Origin: Tolypothrix carrinoi HA7290-LM1 | GTDB taxonomy: Bacteria; Cyanobacteriota; Cyanobacteriia; Cyanobacteriales; Nostocaceae | DNA length: 58,880 nt | NCBI GenBank assembly: GCA_019358935.1 | Contig: JAHHIK010000049.1 | Coordinates: 1 to 58,880 of the forward strand | Direction of reading: 5' to 3' | Part shown: positions 9,895 through 21,070 of the stretch, one piece after another | How positions within the stretch are numbered: position 1 is the stretch's first letter | Layout of the letters: each line of letters begins with the position of its first letter | The notes under the pieces: model-generated | The model's database searches: none | Seen by the model: only the letters and a program-made list of their open reading frames with translations | Told to the model about the DNA's origin: nothing | Made by a program: the position numbers and the translations under genes

Positions 9895-11748
9895 GTGTGT
9901 GTAGAGTGTAAAAAGTTGAAAGATAAACTGCTTCGCAATCAAAGTAAAGCCTTAATTTTCGCATTGTTATTACTTGCGGGAATTTACGGATTTACAGAAA
10001 AAGCGATGTCTCAAGTGGATAGGAGAGGGGGAGAGGGGGAGACAAGGGCGACGGGCGTGGAGACAAGGGGACAAGGAGACAAGGGAGACAAGGGAGACAA
10101 GGGAGACAAGGAGGACAAGGAAGATTCTTTCCTTTCTCCCCATTCCCCCCAACCCCACTTCGTGGGGACCCCAAAGCCCCCCATCTCCCCATCTCCCCAT
10201 CCCCCCCTCTCCCCATTCCCCACTCCCCAATCAAACGACGATCCGATGGCGCAAGTCACATCGGTTTCCCAACTTAAAGACGTACAACCTACAGATTGGG
10301 CGTTTCAAGCGTTACAGTCTTTAGTTGAACGCTATGGTTGCATAGCAGGGTATCCAGACGCAACTTATCGAGGTAGCCGCGCTTTAACTCGATATGAATT
10401 TGCTGCCGGTTTGAATGCTTGTTTAGATAAAGTCAATGAATTAATTGCTACCGCCACCAGTGATTTAGTCAGCCGCGAAGATTTAGCAACTTTGCAAAAG
10501 TTACAGTCACAATTTGCCCCGGAATTAGCAACCTTACGCAATCGAGTTGATAATTTAGAAGCCCGCGCAACTCAAATAGAAACCAACCAATTTTCTCCAA
10601 CAACAAAACTCAGCGGTATCACGATAGTTGGTATTCAAGGAAGAAGCCGCAATCGTGCTGATATTGCTCCCAGAGATGGCAAAAAAGACACAGAAGATGC
10701 GGGTACAAATATTAATGTTATTTCCTTATCACAGTTATATTTAACTACTCAATTCGACCCCCGCAGTTACTTGGTAACAGGTCTTTTAGCAGCTGACGGT
10801 TCCACTGCACCCAGATTTAGCAACGATGTTGTACTTGGCTACGAATATTCTACAAATAACAGCGTCATACTAAGTGACCTTCATTATCATCATTTGATTA
10901 CTGACAACTTTGCAGTGATGATAGGAACAGCATATGTAAATATGACCACTGCATTTAGAGGTCCAAACCGAGTAGAAAACGCTGCCACCGGACCCCTATC
11001 TTATTTTGCTCAACGCAACCCAATTTTAAATATGGGTTTCGGTCAAGCTGGTATAGCTTTTGATTGGCAATTTGCCAAACGCGCTAGTTTGCAAGCATTG
11101 TATTCTAGTTATAATCCGCAAAATCCTGGTAAACGCAACGGTTTATTTGATGGAAACACGACTACTGGCGTACAATTGTTAGTCACACCAACTGATGCTT
11201 TTGATGTCAGTTTATATTACGTTAATAATTATTCTTCAAATGGTTGTTTGCTGACTTTCGTCGGGGATGAGTGTTTAACTGCGGTTAATAGCACAGGTAA
11301 ATCAGAACCATTACAAACAAACGCTGTTGGTGCTACTGTCAATTGGCAAATTTCTTCCCGTCTTACATTAGGTGCTTGGGGCGGTTATACTAATTCTTAT
11401 ATTCCTGGGCGATCGGGCAATGTCGAAACCACAAATTACATGGTGTATTTGAATTTTCCTGATTTATTTCACAAAGGCAATTTAGGCGGAATTTATATCG
11501 GACAACCTCCAAAAATTACCAGTAGCGACTTACCTGTAGGAAACAATGTCCCAGACTTTATCAATACAGGTTTAGGACGCAGAGGTGGACAACCAGGAAC
11601 CACCACTCAAATCGAAGCTTTTTATCGCTTCCAGCTAACAGATAACATCACCATCACACCAGGTATTATTCATATCCTAGAACCTGGTCATACACCAAAT
11701 AGCGACCCAATTACCATCGGAATTTTGCGTAGTAGCTTCACATTTTAG
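9895..11748 (+). CDS. SLH-domain outer-membrane porin (OprB/iron-uptake porin family)
   Basis: QVTSVSQLKDVQPTDWAFQALQSLVERYGCIAGYPD SLH motif, coiled coil, C-terminal Phe; low-complexity repeat insert at about 10021-10230. Confidence 0.93.
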   Translation: MCVECKKLKDKLLRNQSKALIFALLLLAGIYGFTEKAMSQVDRRGGEGETRATGVETRGQGDKGDKGDKGDKEDKEDSFLSPHSPQPHFVGTPKPPISPSPHPPLSPFPTPQSNDDPMAQVTSVSQLKDVQPTDWAFQALQSLVERYGCIAGYPDATYRGSRALTRYEFAAGLNACLDKVNELIATATSDLVSREDLATLQKLQSQFAPELATLRNRVDNLEARATQIETNQFSPTTKLSGITIVGIQGRSRNRADIAPRDGKKDTEDAGTNINVISLSQLYLTTQFDPRSYLVTGLLAADGSTAPRFSNDVVLGYEYSTNNSVILSDLHYHHLITDNFAVMIGTAYVNMTTAFRGPNRVENAATGPLSYFAQRNPILNMGFGQAGIAFDWQFAKRASLQALYSSYNPQNPGKRNGLFDGNTTTGVQLLVTPTDAFDVSLYYVNNYSSNGCLLTFVGDECLTAVNSTGKSEPLQTNAVGATVNWQISSRLTLGAWGGYTNSYIPGRSGNVETTNYMVYLNFPDLFHKGNLGGIYIGQPPKITSSDLPVGNNVPDFINTGLGRRGGQPGTTTQIEAFYRFQLTDNITITPGIIHILEPGHTPNSDPITIGILRSSFTF

Positions 11749-12144
11749 TAGTAAGCACTTCAGTGCTTAAAAGAGACGTTTAAACACCTACTAAAAATTT
11801 ATAAAGAGCAATTTATTTCTACCCCTACACTTTATAAATAGTTTATATAAATTATTATATATTTGATGAAGTCTGCGAATTAATACCTGACTATCTAAAA
11901 ATCTCCTAAAAAATAAAATTCAGTACAATCTCTCTATTCTAAAACATACAGTTGAAAGTAAATTATTGATAGTTGCGCTGGAACATTCTGTTGCAAAACG
12001 TATCTTTTCAGACTGCATCTATTAGCTTAACAGGCTAAGACTTTGCAATTCAATTATTGCTTGACAACGCAATGATTCATTTGAAAAACAAGAAAAAGCA
12101 ATCTTATCCATCTTAAATAAGTTTAAAAAATCTTAGCAATTAGC

Positions 12145-12444
12145 ATGAATCAATATATCCGTAATCTGCTAGCGCTTGCTTTAGTAGCCAATTCCGCTTG
12201 GCTTGTTATTCCATGCAAAGCGCAAACTCCAGTAAAATCAAAGAGTGAAAATCCTAATAATATTCCTGTATCTTCCCAGTCACCTACCGGAAATACAAAT
12301 ACATCAACTACATCTAATAATTCGGCTAATTCTACTAATAATAAACCAATTGCTTCTTCTAGCAACGCCATACCTGCAACTAAATCTAATCCGCGTATTC
12401 CAATATCCAGCAGAGTTTTTACCGCACCTTCAATGGAACAGTAA
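12145..12444 (+). CDS. Small secreted Ser/Thr/Asn-rich protein
   Basis: Signal-peptide-like N-terminus and low-complexity body. Confidence 0.6.
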   Translation: MNQYIRNLLALALVANSAWLVIPCKAQTPVKSKSENPNNIPVSSQSPTGNTNTSTTSNNSANSTNNKPIASSSNAIPATKSNPRIPISSRVFTAPSMEQ

Positions 12445-12584
12445 TACGATTTGGGATTGGTAATGGGTAATTGGTGAGCCAGTGCGTTGGGCGGCTCTGC
12501 CGACTTGAAGCACCTGGCGAACCCCGAAGGGGTAATTGGAAATACGTTTTTTCCGATTACCCATTACCTATTACCTATTACCCA

Positions 12585-13811
12585 TTACCCATTACTCCCA
12601 AGACAAACTTGTTCATAAAGTTTACCGGCAGTTTCCCAAGTAAACTCCGTTTCTACTAGTTGTCTTGCGTTGCGAGATAATTCCTCTCGCAGTTGTGGAC
12701 TATCAAATAGTTGACTAATAGCGGTGACGTATTCTGCTGGGTTATTTGCCCGTAATGCACGTAATGGTACACTGGAAGTATCTACGGATAGCCCTTCTAA
12801 ACCGCGATCGCTTGCGACTATCGGCACACCTGCTGCCATTGCTTCTAAAGTTTTATTTTTAATGCCAAACCCCGTCCGCATCGACACAACGCAGACTGTA
12901 GCTTTATGTAAGTATTCTACCATCGAAGGCACGCGCCCAGTAACAGTAATTCCTGGTTTATCCTTAAGTGCTAAAACTTCCGGTGCAGGACGAGAACCGA
13001 CAATATCAAAAGTTGTATTTGGGTAACGTTTTTGAATTTCTGGCAAAACTTCGTTACTAAAAAAGCAAACAGCATCAATGTTTGCTAAATTATCCATTGC
13101 ACCAATAAAAATTAAGCGCTGTCCCCCCGGATCGTTGCTGCGGTTGGGGAAAGAAACTAAATCTACACCGTTAGGAATAACTGTAATTTTAGTCTTCGGC
13201 GCAAATTCTTGTAATTGAATTTTATCTTCTTCGGTTGTTACTACAATTACCGAAAATTTTGAGCAGTAATTTTGTTCATAACGACGCAAAAGCGGTAAAT
13301 TAATTTTGTCTCTGAGTTTCTTTTCAGAAATGCCATTTTCTAGTTGGTTAAGACAAGTGCCGTAAACAGAACTATGAACATCAACTAAAGTCCGCACCTG
13401 TTTCTGAAATTGAGGACGAATATAAATTTCATTAACGCTATGTTCGCAGGTAATTACATCACATTTCCCTGCTTGTACAAAGTTATCAATCCAGTTTTGC
13501 ATTTCAACTGAGTAGCGGTTTAAGACGCTTGGTGGTGTACCTTGATTTAGAAATGTGCTGAAACGCTGGATTTTTTTTAGTATACCTGTGGCGGTGCCAG
13601 AATCGGCAGGGCGGTCAAAAACGACGAGATTATCGACACAATCCCGCAATCCGGCTATTTCTGCATCTGTTACCGAGAAGCGATCGCGTTGCGTCACTAA
13701 AGTAATAGCATGACGTTGACTGAGATACTTGAGTAAATTAAACGTCCTTACCTGGGTTCCCCCCTTTGTTGGTGGATAGGGAAATGTCGAAGATAGCATT
13801 AAGATGTTCAT
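12585..13811 (-). CDS. Glycosyltransferase family 4
   Basis: PYPPTKGG, IPNGVD, KNKTLEAMAAGVPIV. Confidence 0.92.
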   Translation of the reverse strand: MNILMLSSTFPYPPTKGGTQVRTFNLLKYLSQRHAITLVTQRDRFSVTDAEIAGLRDCVDNLVVFDRPADSGTATGILKKIQRFSTFLNQGTPPSVLNRYSVEMQNWIDNFVQAGKCDVITCEHSVNEIYIRPQFQKQVRTLVDVHSSVYGTCLNQLENGISEKKLRDKINLPLLRRYEQNYCSKFSVIVVTTEEDKIQLQEFAPKTKITVIPNGVDLVSFPNRSNDPGGQRLIFIGAMDNLANIDAVCFFSNEVLPEIQKRYPNTTFDIVGSRPAPEVLALKDKPGITVTGRVPSMVEYLHKATVCVVSMRTGFGIKNKTLEAMAAGVPIVASDRGLEGLSVDTSSVPLRALRANNPAEYVTAISQLFDSPQLREELSRNARQLVETEFTWETAGKLYEQVCLGSNG

Positions 13812-14000
13812 ACAGTTAATTATCTGGGAATAATACCAAGTACAGGGATGATATATATACAATGACCTTAGTCAATAGTTTATGTCATCAGAATTATACC
13901 GATATAATTGTTGTCAGCTATTTCTAATCTAAAGAAAATACTGAGTCAAGCAAATTAAAAATCAGTATTTCTACTGTAGTCAATATGGATTTTAGAAAAT

Positions 14001-14948
14001 ATGCCTAAAGTTACTGTTTCCATTCCCACTTTTAATCGAGTTAATTTACTGCCTTTCGCAATTGAAAGTGTACTTAAGCAGTCTTATCAAGACTTTGAAT
14101 TAATTATCTGTGATGACGGTTCTGCTGATAACACACCTGAGTTGATGTCACAGTATACAGATAGCCGGATTAAATACATTCGTCATCCGCAAAATATTGG
14201 TAAAAGCAATAATATGCGCTCTGGCTTTGAGGCTGCAACAGGCGAATATTTTATGAAATTTGATGATGATGATAGGTTAACCTCAGACTTTCTAGCGCGT
14301 ACTGTGGCAATTATTGATAAAGATTTGAGTATTACTTTTGTTGGTACTGACCACTGGATAATTGATATTAATAATGTCAGGGATGAAGCGAAAACTCAAG
14401 AAAATTCTCGTTTCTGGGGAAGAAAAAGTTTACCAGAGGGCGTTGTCGATAATTTGTTGGAAGTTGTGTTTGTTAAACAAAGCTTCCAAATAGGTGCAAC
14501 TTTATTTCGTCGCCAAACTTTGCAAGAATTGGGATATATGCTGCCCAATATGCAAAACTGTGAGGATAATGATTTATTTGTGCGGTTAGCTTTGGCTGAG
14601 AAAAAGGGTTATTATTTACCAGAATTATTGATGGAATATCGCGTACATGCCGAACAGCAAGGTATTAATCGAGGAATTCGTTATTTAACTGATAAAATAG
14701 AATATTTGGAAACTTATAAATTTGATTCCGAGAAGTTGGAAATAATTAGGCAAAATCGACTTGCTGAGACGCAGTTATTGTTAGGTTTGCGGTTAATTGA
14801 AACAGGTGAAACCCAAAAAGGAAGAAAGTTAGTTTTAGCAGGAAAGTCTTTTTCAACTGCTAAAGCTTGGACTGGGTTAGGGTTGTCTATGTTGCCGGTT
14901 GGGTTGCGGAGTAAGGCTTTTGAGTTGGTGCGGAGTGTGCGGGGATGA
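14001..14948 (+). CDS. Glycosyltransferase family 2
   Basis: IPTFNR, DDGSAD, FDDDD, ED motif. Confidence 0.93.
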   Translation: MPKVTVSIPTFNRVNLLPFAIESVLKQSYQDFELIICDDGSADNTPELMSQYTDSRIKYIRHPQNIGKSNNMRSGFEAATGEYFMKFDDDDRLTSDFLARTVAIIDKDLSITFVGTDHWIIDINNVRDEAKTQENSRFWGRKSLPEGVVDNLLEVVFVKQSFQIGATLFRRQTLQELGYMLPNMQNCEDNDLFVRLALAEKKGYYLPELLMEYRVHAEQQGINRGIRYLTDKIEYLETYKFDSEKLEIIRQNRLAETQLLLGLRLIETGETQKGRKLVLAGKSFSTAKAWTGLGLSMLPVGLRSKAFELVRSVRG

Positions 14949-15114
14949 TGCGATCGCGCACTCGTAGAAGCGTGAAGTAGGGTAGAAAAAACTACCTGAT
15001 TTCCGATGTTTCAATGCCCGTTCGCACTAATTCTAGCTAGGATAAAAAGGATGTGTAAATTGTTGCGCTTCGAGCTAGAGTAGTGCAAATTCAGATACAG
15101 GCAAGATTACCCGC

Positions 15115-15963
15115 ATGGAAACTAACAAGTTAAAGTTCTTACTCAAGTTGTTGGGATGTCCCGATTATCGGTCAACCCTAAGTGCCAACATCTTTAACAG
15201 TTTTAAAGGTAAAGACAAAATTTGTCGAGATTTAGGCGAACAGGAATTAGTAGATTATTCCCGCGAGATTGCCGCAGTCAAGATTTTACCACCAGGTAAA
15301 GCTTTACTGCAAGAGCCTACAAAAGTAGCGATCGCAGACAAAGAACTGAAGGTGCTGGAGAAGATAAGTAAAGCTTCAGCCAAAATCACCCCCAGCAAAA
15401 TCACCAAGATGAAAGCTGCTGAACGAGACGCAATATTGAAAACCCTTAGTGAGCGGGGATTAATTGAAGTTGAACTCAAAATCAAAAAGAGTAAAGCTGA
15501 GGTTTGGCTGACTGAACGCGGAATTGAATTTTTGCGGGATGATTACAGTCCTAACAAAGGCTCTAACCCAGTCATCAGCTTAGAGCTACTGAATAATTAT
15601 CTGCGGTTTTTGCGGAAAACTTTGCGCGATAAGCCAGAACCCGTATCTACTTCAGTACCTACCAAGCAAGAATCACCCGCTGTAACAATCATTAATCTTA
15701 CTGATGAAGAAATTTTACAAACTATCCGGAAATTAGATCGGGAATTTGGTACTGACAATTATTTGCCAATTTTTCATCTGCGGCAAAAGTTACAACCTCC
15801 GCTTTCACGGGAAGAGTTAGATAAGGCGCTTTATCGTTTGCAAGCGAACGACGAAATTGAATTGAGTTCGTTGCAAGAAGCTAACGCCTACACTCCAGAA
15901 CAAATTGATGCCGGAATTCCACAAAATGTCGGCGGTTCGTTGTTCTTTATCTCCGTTAATTAA
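15115..15963 (+). CDS. DNA-binding (winged-helix-like) protein, RcaD-like
   Basis: wHTH-like segments (LKTLSERGLIE..VWLTERG; LSREELDKALYRLQ..IEL). Size and downstream ATPase recall the RcaD-RcaG pair of Calothrix/Fremyella; this is from memory, not verified. Confidence 0.6.
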   Translation: METNKLKFLLKLLGCPDYRSTLSANIFNSFKGKDKICRDLGEQELVDYSREIAAVKILPPGKALLQEPTKVAIADKELKVLEKISKASAKITPSKITKMKAAERDAILKTLSERGLIEVELKIKKSKAEVWLTERGIEFLRDDYSPNKGSNPVISLELLNNYLRFLRKTLRDKPEPVSTSVPTKQESPAVTIINLTDEEILQTIRKLDREFGTDNYLPIFHLRQKLQPPLSREELDKALYRLQANDEIELSSLQEANAYTPEQIDAGIPQNVGGSLFFISVN

Positions 15964-16016
15964 CAATCTATCCAGTTTACTGATAAATAAGTTTGTCCTC
16001 TCACCAAAGTTTAAAC

Positions 16017-18167
16017 ATGACAGCCATTGACGAGATTATTAAACGTGAGGTTAACCCTTTTGACCTGATTAATTTGAAACCCGGTAATTTCTGGGGAGAA
16101 CACCAAGACTCAGAGTTGATGGTTGAGTCAATTCATCAGCAGGAGATTGCTGAGATTGAAGGACTTGTTGACTTAGTTGCTAAAGACCATCGTAGCCGCA
16201 GTATGTTGCTTTTAGGCGACTCCGGTTCTGGCAAAAGTTATTTACTAGGTCGTCTCAAAAGCACCCTGAACCCCAAAGCCTTTTTTGCCTATATTGGTCC
16301 TTGGGTTGATAGTGACTATATATGGCGTCATATCCTGCGCTACACCGTTGATAGCTTAATCCAAATTCCAGAGGGTCAACAAGAGTCCCAGTTGATACTG
16401 TGGCTCAAAAGTTTATCTGCCTTCACCAAACGCAGCCTAAAACAACGGATTTTTAATGATGGTATTTGGCAGTTATTGCAAAGCGATCGGCAAAAATTCA
16501 TCAAACACCTTAAAGATACTTACGACGAACAAGCAGGTATATACAATCCCGACATTTTTTTTGGAGTGCTGCATGACCTTACCGATCCAGAACTATATCC
16601 CTTAGCTTGCGAGTGGTTGCGAGGAGACGACTTAAGTGAAGAGTCTATGCAAGCCTTAAAAGTTAAACATTGCGTTGATACAGAAGATGCAGCTAAAAAT
16701 ATTCTGGCAAACTTTGGCAAAATTTCTACTGAAACCCAACCCATTATTTTGTGTTTTGACAATTTAGACAATATTCCTAACCTGCCAGATGGGTTTCAGG
16801 ATTTCCAAGCTTTGTTTAATGTTAATACAACAATTCACAATGATCATCTCAAAAATTTTATAATTATTATTAGTATTATTACTAACACTTGGAAGCGAAA
16901 TGCTGACCGAATTCAGCAAGCTGATAAAGCTCGGATTGATAGAGCAGTTAGGTTAAAACTGATTACGCTAGACCAAGCAGAAGCACTCTGGGCTTATCGC
17001 CTAAAACCACTACACCACGAAGCCAACTCCCAGCCTACTTCCCCGATTTACCCATTGAATCGGCAAGTATTAGAGCAAAACTTTCCTGGTGGAAAAACTC
17101 TACCCAGAAATGCATTTATTTTGGGTAGGCAGGAATATCACGAATACAAACTTTCACTATTAAATACTCAAAAGACTGATTCTATTGAATTTGTGATAAA
17201 TACTCCATCAAAACAGTCGCCAACAGCGAATAGCAAAAAAATTATTATACCTATAACAAAAAAAGCTGATTCTCCTCAACCTCGGATAATTCCTCGACCA
17301 CAACCAACTAGAAGCGAGAGAATTAAAGCGGAATTTGAATTGCTATGGCAGCAAGAATATCAAAAAGTTCAGGGAAAAAATACCAAAATTACTTTGTTAC
17401 CAGGATCAGACCTCATTCAGATGTTGCAAGAAGTTTTAGCTGCCTTAGAAGTACAAGAGATTAAGACCAAACTCATCAGTGGAAAATACGCCAATAATTC
17501 TTTGAGTTATCAACAGCCTGGTAAGCGAGAACGGATAGGGGTAGTCTGGACAGAAGAATCACACATGAATACCTTTTTCAATATCATGAATGCTTGCAAA
17601 ACAGCAATTCAGCAAAATCTCTGTCAAACTTTGTACTTAATTCGCGCTGGAAATTTAGGAAATCAACAGAATGTCGGCAATCAACTCTATAAACAGATTT
17701 TCACATTTACCAATCATCGTCATATCAAGCCGGATCTGTCTTCTGTTCACTACTTGGCGACATACCACAGCTTTGTAAATTCTGCACTTGCTTATGAATT
17801 AGTGCTTGCAGGCAAAACCATTACTTTGCAAGAACTACAAACTTTAACCCGCGATTGCAACATTTTGCAAAAGTGTACTTTATTGCAAGATTTCAAAATT
17901 GTTTCTCAAACAGGTGGAGGTAATGACAATGGTAACGGTAAACACGATTTACAACTAGTTAAAAATTTGATGTTTAATCTAGTAAAAACCCAAAGTTTCA
18001 TCGGATTACCAACTTTAATTAAAGAGACTAAGGCAAAATTTTCTTCAGTAAGCGAATCGGAAATTCAACATTTGATTCAAGAACTGTGTCAAGAGCAAAA
18101 GGTAGAATATTTTGACCCCAAAGCAAAGCCGCAAGACCAATTAGTTTGTTTAGTTCCTAATAAATAA
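16017..18167 (+). CDS. P-loop (AAA-like) ATPase, RcaG-like, with possible C-terminal wHTH
   Basis: Walker A GDSGSGKS, Walker B ILCFDNLD. Confidence 0.85.
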   Translation: MTAIDEIIKREVNPFDLINLKPGNFWGEHQDSELMVESIHQQEIAEIEGLVDLVAKDHRSRSMLLLGDSGSGKSYLLGRLKSTLNPKAFFAYIGPWVDSDYIWRHILRYTVDSLIQIPEGQQESQLILWLKSLSAFTKRSLKQRIFNDGIWQLLQSDRQKFIKHLKDTYDEQAGIYNPDIFFGVLHDLTDPELYPLACEWLRGDDLSEESMQALKVKHCVDTEDAAKNILANFGKISTETQPIILCFDNLDNIPNLPDGFQDFQALFNVNTTIHNDHLKNFIIIISIITNTWKRNADRIQQADKARIDRAVRLKLITLDQAEALWAYRLKPLHHEANSQPTSPIYPLNRQVLEQNFPGGKTLPRNAFILGRQEYHEYKLSLLNTQKTDSIEFVINTPSKQSPTANSKKIIIPITKKADSPQPRIIPRPQPTRSERIKAEFELLWQQEYQKVQGKNTKITLLPGSDLIQMLQEVLAALEVQEIKTKLISGKYANNSLSYQQPGKRERIGVVWTEESHMNTFFNIMNACKTAIQQNLCQTLYLIRAGNLGNQQNVGNQLYKQIFTFTNHRHIKPDLSSVHYLATYHSFVNSALAYELVLAGKTITLQELQTLTRDCNILQKCTLLQDFKIVSQTGGGNDNGNGKHDLQLVKNLMFNLVKTQSFIGLPTLIKETKAKFSSVSESEIQHLIQELCQEQKVEYFDPKAKPQDQLVCLVPNK

Positions 18168-18199
18168 CATTGAACACAAAACATCTGACATTTTAGCAA

Positions 18200-20785
18200 A
18201 TGCAATATTTGACAAAAGCTACTGAAATTCGAGCGCAAATTGCTAAATTTTCTTTGGCTAAAATCCTCTGGCTAGATACAGAAATCGCTGATTGGAATAC
18301 TTACTATCCCAGGTTGTCGCTAATTCAGGTTTTGGCTGATCCAACAAACTTGACAAGTGACTCAGCTTACATTCTCGATGTGTTAGATAAACCTGATTTG
18401 GCAGCATATTTTATTAACCAAATCATGGTTAATCCTCAAATAGAAAAACTATTTCACAACGCCAGCTTCGATTTAAAATATCTGGGGGGACAGCTAGCAC
18501 AAAATGTTACTTGTACTTTAAAGATAGCCAAAAAAATAACTCGTGAAGTATTACAAGTATCCAACTTACAACTTAAAACCTTAGCAGGAGAACTCTGCAA
18601 CTTTTCTCATGTAAATAAAGAAGAACAAGCAAGCGACTGGGGAAAGCGTCCTCTCACTCAAAAGCAGCTACAATATGCGGCGATGGATACAGTTTATTTG
18701 GCTGCTGTGCATCGTCGCTTATTAGAAATTTATAATCCCGATGCTATAAGTAATATTTTTAATATGATATCTAATGACTCAAAGCAATCAACAGAAAAAT
18801 CTGAAAATTCATCTTTAAATGTTACTAAAGTCCGAGTGGCGTTTGAATGCCCGCGCCTGTTTTATTTGATGCAGCACTTTGGGGGTAATACCTTATTTCT
18901 CCCACGAGATACCGCTATAGGTATTGGGAACGTGTTTCATCAATTAGCAGATGAATTTGTCAGATTAGCCACTCTGGAACCAAGATTTAAAGAGTTATTT
19001 AAACCACCCGCAACCCAGTTGCAGGTAGAGGAAATCGCCTCTAGTATGCAACAGCTTTTTTATGAAATAAAATTCTCCTCTTACCTGCAACAAGCTAAAA
19101 AAAATCCCAGCCAAGCACAAGCACTTTATAAACTTTGGCAGGGATTACAAGGACTAATCCGACGCTTTGCAGAATTGTTAGTAATTAATCGGCGTTATTG
19201 CAGTGCAGAAACAGTTATTGCTAACACCTTTGTCTCTGAAAAAGGCAAGCTTGAACATTACTTTAATTTACCTGACGGGACACAACAAAGGGTAGCGGGG
19301 GAATTTGATTGTTTAGTCTTCAACTTTGAACGCAAGCGCTTATGTGTGGTAGAGTTTAAAACCTATCAGCCAGCCGATCCATCAGCGCAATTAGCCCAAG
19401 TTGCTCTTTATAGTTATATGCTATGGCAAAAGAAAAAGGTGGCTGTTGATTCAGCGGTTTACTGTGTTTTGCCAGAATTTAAAGAGTATCACTATTCTTG
19501 GGAACAGTTAGAAAATACTGTACATCAGTTGATTCCCTATAAGTTACAACAAATGCAGCAATGGCTGACTTGGGAACCACCATTACCTAATTCACCACCA
19601 ACCACAACCCAGCCTCATTTGTGCGAAATTTGTCCGCAGCAGCAAAAGTGTCAAAGTTACTTTGTAGAAGAATCTAAAGAAGAGGAACCTGTCAATAAAC
19701 AGGAAGAACAGGTTTCTCATAGTACAAAAAAGCATGAGCAATCAGTTAACGCCGATGCTATAGGTGAAGAATTAGTTGCTACTTTGCAATCTTTTAATAT
19801 TGGTGTAGATTACTATGGGGCGGCTGTTGCTCCTAGTTTCATCAGAGTTAAACTGAAACCTCATCTTGGTGTTAAAGTTAGTTCTCTGCTGAAGTTATCT
19901 GCTGATTTGCAAGTGCAGTTAGGGTTGGCTAATCCGCCGTTGATTTCTGCTCAACCTGGATATGTTAGTGTTGATTTGCCTCGTCTAGATAGACAAGTTG
20001 CTAAGTTTGAGGAGTATGTTCAACATCGATTTTTGCCCTCAACTGCACCTGTAAAAATTGCTCTTGGGGTGAATTTAGAAGGGCAGTTGGTAGAAGCTGA
20101 TTTATCAGATCCGAATACTTGTCATTTTTTGGTTGGGGGTACAACTGGTAGCGGGAAGAGTGAATTTTTGCGATCGCTTCTCCTCAGTCTCCTTTTTCGT
20201 CATTCCCCGCAAAACCTCAAAATTGCCCTTGTCGATCCCAAACGTGTCACCTTTCCAGAATTTGAGCAGATACCGTGGTTGTATTCCCCAATCGTCAAAG
20301 AAAGCGATCGCGCTATTGAACTAATGGATCAACTAGTGGCAGAAATGGAATCACGTTATCAGCGATTTGAAAAAGCTGGGTGTGCTGATTTGAATGCTTA
20401 CAATCAACGTTCCCCTCAGCCTTTGCCTCGCATTGTTTGCATCTTTGATGAATATGCCGACTTTATGGCAGAAAAAGAAATTCGCACCGCACTAGAACAA
20501 AGTATCAAACGATTGGGTGCAAAAGCAAGAGCCGCAGGTATTCATCTGATTATTGCCACACAACGTCCCGAAGCCAAAGTTGTTACTCCCTTAATTCGCT
20601 CAAATCTTCCCGGAAGAGTTGCTTTGCGAACTGCTAGCGAAGCAGATTCAAAAATTGTCTTAGGTGGTACGCAAACAGCAGCTGCATCTCTATTGGGTAA
20701 AGGTGATTTACTTTACCCAATTGGTACTAATTTATCCCGTTTACAAAGCTTATTCGCAACAACTATTCAACTGCCGTCTGTATAA
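18200..20785 (+). CDS. Fusion of DEDDy 3'-5' exonuclease, PD-(D/E)XK nuclease (4 Cys) and FtsK/SpoIIIE ATPase
   Basis: ExoI LDTE, ExoII HNASFD, ExoIII YAAMD; ECP...GEFD...EFK...CEICPQQQKC; GGTTGSGKS, VDPK, IFDEYAD, RAAGIHLIIATQRP. Confidence 0.9.
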   Translation: MQYLTKATEIRAQIAKFSLAKILWLDTEIADWNTYYPRLSLIQVLADPTNLTSDSAYILDVLDKPDLAAYFINQIMVNPQIEKLFHNASFDLKYLGGQLAQNVTCTLKIAKKITREVLQVSNLQLKTLAGELCNFSHVNKEEQASDWGKRPLTQKQLQYAAMDTVYLAAVHRRLLEIYNPDAISNIFNMISNDSKQSTEKSENSSLNVTKVRVAFECPRLFYLMQHFGGNTLFLPRDTAIGIGNVFHQLADEFVRLATLEPRFKELFKPPATQLQVEEIASSMQQLFYEIKFSSYLQQAKKNPSQAQALYKLWQGLQGLIRRFAELLVINRRYCSAETVIANTFVSEKGKLEHYFNLPDGTQQRVAGEFDCLVFNFERKRLCVVEFKTYQPADPSAQLAQVALYSYMLWQKKKVAVDSAVYCVLPEFKEYHYSWEQLENTVHQLIPYKLQQMQQWLTWEPPLPNSPPTTTQPHLCEICPQQQKCQSYFVEESKEEEPVNKQEEQVSHSTKKHEQSVNADAIGEELVATLQSFNIGVDYYGAAVAPSFIRVKLKPHLGVKVSSLLKLSADLQVQLGLANPPLISAQPGYVSVDLPRLDRQVAKFEEYVQHRFLPSTAPVKIALGVNLEGQLVEADLSDPNTCHFLVGGTTGSGKSEFLRSLLLSLLFRHSPQNLKIALVDPKRVTFPEFEQIPWLYSPIVKESDRAIELMDQLVAEMESRYQRFEKAGCADLNAYNQRSPQPLPRIVCIFDEYADFMAEKEIRTALEQSIKRLGAKARAAGIHLIIATQRPEAKVVTPLIRSNLPGRVALRTASEADSKIVLGGTQTAAASLLGKGDLLYPIGTNLSRLQSLFATTIQLPSV

Positions 20786-21070
20786 ATTAAACTTGCCCTT
20801 ACCCGTTAGCAATTTTCCCCCACCCTGCTATAATCTGACGGAAATATTGATTTATATACTCTTTTGAGTATCGCCAAAATCTTAAATTAAGGAGCGCGAA
20901 TAGCCCTCACCCTGCAAGGGTGGGGCTAAACAAGCAAAGCCCACCTACGTGGGCTAAGACTCTTGTAGCCCACGCAGGTGGGCTTTGTTCGTATAGCGAT
21001 ACCCTTCGAGGGTATTGCTGCAAAATTGGGATGCTCTCGCATGAAAATGCCTTATCAGAGGACTTAACTT

